This document shows positions 55,301-64,000 of a stretch of 64,000 nt of DNA, in pieces; the stretch's first letter is position 1; each line of letters begins with the position of its first letter. The notes below the pieces were generated by a model. That model searched no databases and was not told the origin of the DNA. It was given only the letters and a program-made list of their open reading frames with translations. Position numbers and translations under genes: made by a program. The DNA comes from Paragordius varius (lineage: Eukaryota > Animalia > Nematomorpha), in contig OZ176053.1 in assembly GCA_964247055.1 (NCBI GenBank), positions 12,586,001 through 12,650,000 on the forward strand, read 5' to 3'.

Positions 55301-58300
55301 TTAGAGAGTCTGATTAAATTAATTCATAAAAATAAATAACTGAGTACTATTGTTTAAAGGCCATTAATAATTTATACTGTCTATAACAATATCCATATCG
55401 AAACGTTGTTAAACCATTTTTAACAATAGCAAATCAGAAACGGACACACTTATAAATGATAATATTAATAATACAAGATATTCGCAAATATTTAAATGAA
55501 TTAATTAAAAGGATAATAAAAATAAAATCATAATTCCTTAGGCCACAATAAAAAATGTTTTGAGTATCACGAAATAGGTTTAAAAGAATAATTTATAGGG
55601 ATAATTTAGTTAATTCCTAAACATATTTAAAGACAATGCAGTATTTATGATTTGATAAATTCTTATGGTTTTGCACAACCATGATTGATTAATATGGGAG
55701 TAGTTATAACAAAGTGCTCTATATAATATACCAATTTACCATTTAAATTAACCTTTGAACAATTTAAATTAACCATAAAAATAATTAATATATATTTTTA
55801 CGACATAGTTTATTTATTTTTTCAGTATAATTTTAATTACAAAAGTTTTATTTTTTAATGAAAAAATATATGATCTTAAAAAACACATAATTTATTTTAG
55901 GGTGAATTTATATTGTTTAGGGTAATTTAAATTATTCGAGGGTGTATTTTAATTGCTTAAGGTTAAATTTGATGTATAAATGGTATATATTCAAGTTTGT
56001 AAATATTTGTAAACAAAAGTTAAAAGATTATAAAGGTTATTTTTCATACCTCTTGATATATTTTTTGATTTTCTTGGTGTTTTTGTATATGGGATATTTG
56101 TTTGTGGACCATACCTCTTTCCACCTCAAAGTTTTTTTGCAAATGCGCCTTAAATTTGTTAAGTTTATCATTGTGAGACGAAAGGAATTTTTGGGAGTTT
56201 AATTGAATATCTTTGATCTATAATATACAGCAAAAATAGTATAAAAAAACTTGAAAAACAAAAAGATTGTTTCATAAATACAGTCATAGCATCATTATTA
56301 TTTTTATATAATCTTATTAAATTGTAGGTGCAACACATTTTTTTCCCAACTATAGAACATAAAAATAGTAATAAAATATGTTTGTCTTGAGAAAAATATT
56401 GAACTTAAACCTTAGTTAATTAACGTGGCTTAAAAATGGTTCTACCGGAAATAATAAAGCAATTATTAACATAGAATTTAATAAATATCATAGTTCTTAT
56501 GGAAAAACGAGTTTTTTTATGGTTTATTAATTCTAACTTATCGTTTTAGGTAGAGCGAATAAAGTAATCAAGACGTAAATTAATGACTCACTAATCTTAT
56601 ATTTCACAATTGTAATAATATAGGTCAAAATCAATATTGTATGTAATATTTAGGTCACTCAATTATAAATTGAATACTTGAGAAAGGGGATCCCATGTAC
56701 CAGCCAATTGCTTTTGTAAAAGCTTAACCTCATCAGTTATAACGCTAAATGCTTCCTCACAAGCTTCAGCAGTTTTTGTAAGGAGGTTTGTCGCATTATT
56801 CTGCAAAAGATATACCATTTATTTTTTGATAAAAAAAGAAAATGAAAAAACCTAAAATTACTTCCAAATTTGCCAGACCTTCAAGAGTAAGATTTTTATT
56901 TTCAAGATATTGGTTTTTAACATGTTTTATGCTATTTACGTTCGCCAACAATCGGTCATTGATATCTTTGCAAAATTTTGTGGCAAAATCGGTAATAAAT
57001 GCTTGTAAAGAGGTAACATTTGTTTGTGTTTCATCTAAAAAGAGTTACTAGAGTTACCTTTACATAAATTTATTAATGTATAGTTTAGGCAGTAGTAATA
57101 CTTTGAATCTTATTTATAAGGGTATGCATGTGCGTTTGATAAATTTGAATTTGGGATATTTCATCATTGAACCCAGAAAAATATTGATCAAGAGTTTGTT
57201 CGAATTCGGACTTGACATGCCGATTACAGGCTTCAATACATTTCGAACGATCAACTTTGTCATGCAAATTTTGAATGTCTTGTACGCTTTGAAACGTTAT
57301 TTGCAGCAGCTATAACATAACAAAGATAAATAAGTAAAAAGAGGGCTTTGAAGCATTTTTTCGAAAATTGTATAGGCCCATCGAAATGCAATCATTGTAA
57401 TATATTTATAAATGTGAGCCCCAAAAATGGTGCAGCATTTTGAATAACACTTCAGTTAATCTCCGCCCTTTTGACGTTTAACGTCGAAAAACACCCTATT
57501 TTTTAAGAAAAGGCATTATAAGATATCATTTCTAAATTAATTTTTAGTTTTAATCAAAAATTAATATGATAAATTTATATGAAAAAAGACAGATTTGTAT
57601 TAATTAATAGCTCATCAAGGCTCAATATTCACAATCCATAAACTATGAAGTTATATAGGCAATTATTTTAAAAACTTGAATCTTATTAAAGGGTGACAAA
57701 AGTGGAATATCAGTATAAACTTATCTCAATATTCACAAGCCATAAGCTATTAAGTTATATAGGCAATTACTCTTAGAAACTTGATTATTTAAAAGGTCAG
57801 AAAAGTCAATTATCAGCATGAAATTATTAGTTTAAAGGGGTTGTTCATTTAAAAATAAGCGGGTGGTTCAATGTAATATATAAAATAGTAAAATAAAAAA
57901 CCTTATCTTTTTCACTTTTTATAGCTGCTATGCGCTCAACAAGTTTTTGGATTTCAGCACTTTTGACTTCCAAATCTCGATTTAAAGCATCAAAATTTTC
58001 GACTGCCAGAAATATTCCATTCTTTTCTCGAGTGGCAGCCAGATCTTTGCGTAACCTTTCAAGTTCCTCCGTATATTCCTATCGGTCATAAAATGAGTTA
58101 AAGAGTAGAGGACATATAATTTTTTTATGAGGAAACCTATTTTTTAAACCATAATTTCTTCCATATAACCTGTAAATAAGAAATGAGTATGCATCCAATT
58201 TATATCTCAAACCTTAATTCGCCAAGCAAAAACGATAAATTTTGGAAAAGGATTTGGGTTAAAAAATAGTTTTTTTCTTCATTCAAAAAATGTTTGTCCT

Positions 58301-61300
58301 TTTATAATTTATAAAAAACAAAAATTGATATACCTTAAGTAGGGCTTTTTTGCTTAATTTTTGATTGATTTCAGGCCTGTTGGTTATATGTTTCGCCCGA
58401 TGGGCATAATCCAAAGTACTCAATGTTTCCTCCATATTTAGCACGGAAGGCGAGATGGTTGCAATTATGGATGTTTTGGTCCGACCTCCCAACGAATCTT
58501 GCAGGATTCGGGTTAATTTACTTTCTCTGTATATAGAAATGCCTTAATTCAAAGGAAAAATCTGAAAATTTGATAAATGCCGAAATTAAAAATAATGTCG
58601 AAAAACTAATATATTGAATCATATTTTTGGACTCTTAAGTGCAAACATACGGAATAATATGGAATTGAGGGACTTAAGCTAATTCAGGATTTTAAATGGC
58701 TGCCTTGATAAAAGAATTTTAAATGGTTGCCTGTTTTATAATGCTTTCATTTTTATGCCTCTCGTATGTTACAGCAAATCAATAATATAAACTGCTGAAA
58801 AGGCAAGCAATATATATAAAGTTAAGAACCTATATGGGATATGTGTACTACGTTCAACGAGAGCATTTATAACGCGACCAAGTGTTAACAGACTTTGGTT
58901 AATATTCCCGGCCTCGCGCAGTCTTTTATCCACAGCTCCTGACCGACTCACATTTTCACTCCCGGCTAAATCCACCTAAAATCGCACAAAATATATTTTA
59001 CATGATATGTTATACACAGAAAACGAAAAAAATAAAAGACAACCCCATATTATTTAATCCTTAATTATTAGAAAATCACTCATCATATGGAGTTTCGAAA
59101 GAATAAAAGGGCAAATTGTGTAAACTCAATTATATATTTAAAATATTAATTATATAGTTCAAATATGAACAACAACGGTTTAGTATTGTTGTCTTTTTTT
59201 TACATTTTGTCTGTATGAATATTAGAAAAATTTAAGAAAATATATTTACTAAATTGAGTTTGCCAGTTTTAAGCAATTCCTCCCCATCTATATCATTTTC
59301 CTTTATGTGAATCGTTATGGAGAAAACCGAGTGAGATCGACTAGAAAACAAAAAAAAAATATAAAAATTTGACTGCTTTTCTATTGAAAGAGATGACATG
59401 CAGTAAAAAATAATAAAGACCAAACATAAAAAGCATGTAATATTTTTAACAATATAAAACCATATTTCAAGCTTGATTTTATGAAAATACCTATTTAAGT
59501 TAATAAATTGAGAATAAAGTAAATTGGTAGAATTTTATATCATTATAATTGATATAAATATTTATTCCCTATCCAATATATTTTACATAAATTTTATTAC
59601 CTGGAAGTGGCATTTAAAAGCGTGGCAGCTGTTTGACGTCTCTGAGCTCCGCGTTGCAGAATTTGGTAGACTTCGTGTTTGTTATGAACTGTTATTTCCT
59701 CCAATCCCTACAATTATTTACACTGATAATTGCGAATAAAAGTACCAATATTATTACAAATCACTGATTGGCACATTAAAAAACTATAAAATTTTAGAGT
59801 AAATAAGGAAATTTATACTGAAGATTTTTTATTAATTTATGTTTTTGTCCATATTTTTTGAGTGGTTATAATTTCTTTTAGAGCTTACAGTGGACAAAAT
59901 TCATTTATCACCTGATAAAAAGACCTAATTATTCCTGACAATATTTAAAGTTTTACCAGCCCCTTCCGTTAATCCAAAAGGAGATTATATATCTGCAAGT
60001 AGCGTTATTAACGGATATCATTAATTGACTTCACTTTAAATACTTTTGTTTTAAAAAAAAGCCCTTTTTATACGAATGCAGATTAATAATATTATGATGC
60101 AAAACTAAAAATTTTTAATGTTAATAGAAGTGTCTAATTAGATCAAATTAGTTCATAATTAGTCAAGTCTATTTTAAATAAAATTCGACATTTGTCGCAA
60201 GACAAAAAACTTCTTAAAATATTCGACGTGTTTATAGATACAATAAGTTATATATATTTTCTTTTTGTAAAATCTAATTTTAGAAATATATGGTGCTATA
60301 TTGGAATATTTATTTTTAACCCTTCATTAACTTTTCATTTTTTGTCCTAGTTCACCTTTTGGGGTAGTTTTATATCCCAGAGCTGTACAGTTTTGAATGT
60401 TAATTAAATTAAAATTTAATTATCAAACATTGTTCTTGTGTGTTAGAGAAAAAAAAAGTTTAAAGTTTTGTGACCTCTAGAGCCTAAAATTGGGACAGTT
60501 CCAAACGATTGAAACGGACAGCTGATATTAAAATGATAATATATCAAGTCTTAGCTGGTAAAATGAAGCCTAAAAGCTTGTTAAAGTTATTTTTATACAT
60601 AATCTAACCATAATATATATTTATTTGCCTGTTTCATTCGCGATTTAAAAAATATATAAAAATGGCGGCAAAAAAGTTTGAGGTGTCGATTTTTTAAAAT
60701 TTTACATTTACGGAAAAAATATATTTTATAAATGCGCCTATAGGACTCAGGAAAACATATATTGAAATTCGGCTTATTTCCTTAAATACTTTTTAAGATA
60801 TTGTTTAAAATAGACCTGAGATATAAAACTACCGCAAAAGTTAATGGAGTGTTCTAGAATTATTGATAACCTAAATATTATTTATAGGAAAAAATATTGG
60901 AAAAGAGAAAATTTTGTTAAAAAATTAATAAAAATCGAAATTACATGAACAAGAACGGACCCTTTACGAGTGGCATCTTCAAAAATTTTAAGGCGTGGAT
61001 TTTCCATTCCAACGGCCAAAAGATCAAATAATTCCTCATTATAGAGTTCCAAAAAAGAAACACGCACTGAATATTCACATTCCTATGTATAATAATTTGA
61101 AATATAAACGCTACTCATATATTTATTTAATAATAAAGTCAAACCTGAATTTTTAATTTTTCAAATAAATCATTTAACGTCCTTGGAATTATTCCCGATG
61201 AAGGCGATAAACCTAATTGTTCAACTTTAGATTCCAATTTTTCTCCTTCCATAGTATACGTTTTCCCTGTTCCAGTTTGCCCATATCTACAGTAAATAAA

Positions 61301-61607
61301 ATATTTACGCAAATATTGTACAATTATATCCCAATAAAACTTCCTCAAGAATAGGCAACACAATCGTACTATAAATTTCTTTTTGCGGAGTATTTGGTGA
61401 AAAAACTTTGTCAAAGGTAAAGGTTTTGTTGTTTGTTTTATCTTTAACGGTAATTTCCTTCCTTTCTGGATTAATATCTATCACATCTTGATATTTCTTT
61501 TCCAATATATTAGTTGGCCTATTAGATAATAAATAATAAACAAACCTGCATCTAACAGCAACCTGAATATTTTGATTGTGACTTTTATCAGTTCTTACAT
61601 TTACCAT
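49370..61607 (-). CDS. KIF11: Kinesin-5 (BimC/Eg5) motor protein; multi-exon, 3'-most exon uncertain
   Basis: Motifs [133 protein letters not shown] and [13 protein letters not shown]. BimC box with CDK site VTGRTPGRR at ~49670-49870. Stalk exons resume at 50521 after the LINE-containing intron 50522-55094. Confidence 0.93.
50817..50877 (+). ncRNA. HDV-like self-cleaving ribozyme at the 5' end of the LINE
   Basis: P1 GGGAUGC(50817-23)/GCAUCCC(50851-57); P2 CUCCC(50833-37)/GGGAG(50870-74); P3-L3 ACC-UCCUCGC-GGG; P1.1 GG; J4/2 GCUAAC. Nearly the antigenomic HDV core CUCCACCUCCUCGCGG...GCUAAGGGAG. Confidence 0.85.
51423..54434 (+). CDS. APE endonuclease-reverse transcriptase ORF (1003 aa) with a PHD-like Cys-rich insert
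   Basis: [22 protein letters not shown] and SQIDFVL (APE); [21 protein letters not shown] and MYADD (RT); [27 protein letters not shown]; C-terminal LRYWGHIER and KRGRP. No stops. Confidence 0.95.
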   Translation: MLPEKKSFNIKNNNFKFGTWNVGTLVGKAWMIINAIKEQKLDICCLQETRFKNGGNYQHEGFTLYYEGGKSGKSGVAIAINDQIKDIIDITRHNDRIIQMRVAFNNTTLNILSIYTPQQGQNETTKQEFWNQLYQIAQNVPTNDILLIGGDFNGHIGMHADGYEGIHGGVGIGSRNKEGETLLEFCSAANLLICNTHFCKKPSQIHTYKSGNHTSQIDFVLLNQQLRKIITNFKTYEYDTQHKLIVAFLIINKNRPSPKKLPQLNVAKLNDPNTKHQYINQITPELKHSPNNVHDGWEHLKNTLLSNVFKICGRKRTKTKSQWWWQSDFKPLLNEKRDAFKKWKASKHDDDKHFYIMIKKRVKKIIADKMNERCLEMAKKLEGEIKNLKVFKTLKNINNNKKDIRVVKAIKDKNNNIVTDTLSIQNVWTQYMQNMNFQHSNVEIPNLPPVIGPPPIITAEDVSLAMQKCKINKASGPTEIKTEMYKNIPEAITYFTELFNLIIMEEKIPNDWNQSVIIPIYKNKGDMLNCASYRPLKLLEHATKLFEIIIEKKIRQLCSIDENQFGFQQGISTSDAIFILRRLQENYRCKNKTLYHIFIDLSRAFDCIPRSMITFALRKKEIPEWIIRIINLLYENTTSCVRTPVGANRFPVTVELHQGSILSPLLFIIIMDVITDNIKTGLPFEMMYADDIILTATSETAIINKYNLWKSTLEKFGLKIDIDKTKALITGSPVPEIKFPCSICHSEVKLNSIKCTKCQLWVHKKCSQIKGSLLGIENFICKACATPDINQNNPTQTTYLPSPNIEIVNRYNYLGDTIAADMNIKNAITTRSHQAWAKFHQLKYIMKHKHISNPNKDKIYTIAIRPALTYASECWPLNQTNENKLCDIERKILNSCLTNQYHNDKTNNNKSIHNLFHIAPMSSFLRANRLRYWGHIERSNSWINKIRSFHPNGNLKRGRPYHDWEKTLSNDLHLTQLNKDDCLDRKLFRSRIWKLAHAGQTTT
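55730..55945. mobile_element. Diverged MITE related to the 13200-13483 element
   Basis: Shares ACATAATTTATTTTAGGGTGAATTT and AACCTTTGAACAATTTAAATT motifs in inverted arrangement. Confidence 0.55.
57620..57775 (+). repeat. Short intronic direct duplication (two ~50-bp copies)
   Basis: CTCAATATTCACAA.CCATAA.CTAT.AAGTTATATAGGCAATTA at ~57621 and ~57726. Confidence 0.8.
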
Positions 61608-64000
61608 GTCAATTTTTCAAATGTTGCTGGAATTTTGAACCAATAGAATTGTAGTATTTTTGACACACTATAAAAGTAAAATAACAGTCAAAATTTGTGA
61701 ATTAATATATGTTTCTGATAAAATTCAGGATTCTCATGCTATTTTTTTGGGTAAGAATTATTTCATTTAACGATTTCCTCCTTTGTATAGGAGGATTAGC
61801 GCAAAATATGTTAAATAAATATATATCATGTAATAAGCAAAACTACATTTGATCCTAATATTTAGCAGTCGATACGAAGGTCAATTTTTAATAATCCTTT
61901 AAAACAAAATGTGGATTGCACGATAATAATTTGACTATCGATTGCAAATGGCCAAAATCGAGGCTATAAAATATATCCTGATAAAATATATATTTTTATA
62001 CAAATATTAAAATCCTCCGCTTTTGGTTTTTGACCGGAATAAAAAGTGGACACACTTTGTGACTGTCCATAAATGATTGACGATAATTATCACACTGCTT
62101 TAAAAGTTTTTTTAGTGAAAACTAAATAATTATATTATTAAAATGTATCATAAACTTAACCATCCGTCAAAATCGGAGGTGCTGAAACATATCCTCATAA
62201 AAGATATATTTGATAGATAAAAGTAACTGAATTCTATTTTTAATTCTGGGGCCTACGCGCGATATACTAACTTTTGGGGTAATGCCGATATCCTAAAATG
62301 ACAAAATTAACACTTATTATGTTTGAACAAAATAAAAAATATCGCTAATATAGGTATGCTATATTTAAATAGCAAAACAGAACAATTTATTATATGTGGG
62401 TTTAGAAAATTCCAAATAGTTTGCCCTTCATTAATAGGCTAGTTATTTTTATTTATGGAAGATTATGGCATTAAAAATTTTATGATTTTGAGGCATGATT
62501 GAATCGGTTTATGAAGCTTTATATAATTGGATGATTTTAAACATTTCTTTCATATTTTAATCAATATTTGTTATTTTTAAAATTATGTGATAAATTGTTA
62601 TTTTTAACAAAATTCACCCAAGTCAAAAACGAAGCTTTAAATAAAAATTCTGTGCAATAAATGTTTAACATCATCGAAAGAAAAATATCACAGTAAAGAG
62701 GTATTCCACAATGCTTAGTACTATAAAATTTGCATCAATTTAAGCTAAGCTAAATTGTAAATGTCAAATAAAGCATATAACCTTTTGTCGAACAATATTT
62801 TGTGTTTTGATCTCAAAAAATTATAACTTCCGGAGGTAACATGCAAAATATAATGCATTCAATATAGATTTAAGGTATTATTTTTTGAAATGAGGCATTT
62901 AGTTTTTACCAAAAGATTCTACCATTGAGCGCAAGTTTTATCATTTCGATGTTACCACAAAAGTGGTTGAAACTTTATTGTTTCTTTTGGCAGGCCTCTG
63001 AAACTAAAAAAACCTTGAGACAAGTTGATTATCAATTCAAATTTAAAAAAATGTGTTGAAGTGTATTCAATAAAGTTTCGAATCATAGTGGTAAACGCTA
63101 AAAACATCAATGAATTATATAATTTGATTGCTTTTAAATTTTTAAATAATAATTATGCTTTTGTAAGGCTTAAAGGAGAAAAATTATCATTTGATATTCC
63201 ATGGCTTAAATGACAAAATATGCCCTAAAATTTTTTTCCATAAACAACTTAGGCAATGAAATGTTAGGTAACTCTATAAACATTTTTCAACAAATAAGCA
63301 AAAGCTATTTTTAATATATTTCCAGATTTTTAGACTGGTAATTTTAAAACATTAATTTATTTTAAATGTAATTGAAAATATAATGTTTGTTAACTTCATT
63401 TAGAATAGCAATCTATCATAAATTACATTTAAATACGACCAAATTTTAATGATAAAAGTAATATTTGGCTAGTGCGACTAGCCAAAGTAGCTGGTAAAAT
63501 TCCACTATTTGATTTTTATACCCTACACAGTTGATATAAATTGGCAAATAACTGAGGCTTTTACCCCTAACTCTCACCTCAAATACGTTATAATCTAACC
63601 ATTAATCATTCAAGCTTTTTACAAAATATCATTAAAAATTACCTTTATATTTATTAATTTTGTATTTTCTTTCAAGTAAAGTAAAACCTTAAAGTTATAT
63701 AAACCATCTTTAGCTAAAACAAAAAACTAACAATATCATCAATGGTCCGATATTCTTGGTTAAGCCGATTTTCTAAAAATAATATACAACTCCAAAAAAT
63801 TGTTGATTAATTCCATATTATTGAGTTATTTTTTTGAATATAATTTGGATCACCCGAAATATATTTAGATACTGCACATCCAATTCTAACATCTAGTAAA
63901 CAAATTCATTTGTTGGCCCATATTTTTTAAACTGGTGTTATACAAAGGCCTAAAATAAAACCTAGTCTTTGGTTCTCTTTAAGGAAAGGCCCTATTTGAA

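Noticed and set aside
61608-61650. CHR (TTTGAA) and CCAAT motifs upstream of kinesin-5
   Set aside because: They would fit a G2/M promoter, but such short motifs are expected by chance at this AT content and the transcription start is unknown.
62000-64000. Coding or RNA genes in the last 2 kb, and tRNA/rRNA genes anywhere in the window
   Set aside because: Only AT-rich sequence and short ORFs without motifs; no cloverleaf or rRNA-like sequence recognised by eye.

Overview
Very AT-rich animal nuclear DNA with spliceosomal introns. The taxon cannot be determined from sequence alone; the many 22-31 nt introns suggest a reduced parasite lineage such as myxozoans or mesozoans (inference). There are three host genes, reconstructed by hand from GT-AG junctions: an FHL-type LIM gene (minus, 3507-10819, 3.5 LIM domains), a 36-exon non-muscle myosin II heavy chain (plus, 29776-46813, about 2394 aa, with a ~400-aa Asn/Ser-rich tailpiece) and a convergent kinesin-5/Eg5 gene (minus, ~49370-61607). 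Most of the rest is transposon-derived: several decayed hAT (Blackjack-like) copies, a hAT remnant of another family, a mariner relic and MITEs. Two elements look intact. (1) A 6.9-kb PIF/Harbinger element (21406-28333, perfect 15-bp TIRs, TCA target duplication) carries a DDE transposase, a Myb/SANT-like gene and a third cargo gene. Both apparent minisatellites inside it (151-bp and 109-bp units) resolve into frame-preserving exon+intron units, i.e. tandem exon amplification. (2) A full-length RTE-type LINE (50817-54439, 13-bp TSD) lies antisense in a kinesin-5 intron; its first 58-61 nt fold as an HDV-like self-cleaving ribozyme whose predicted cleavage site is exactly the element's 5' boundary.
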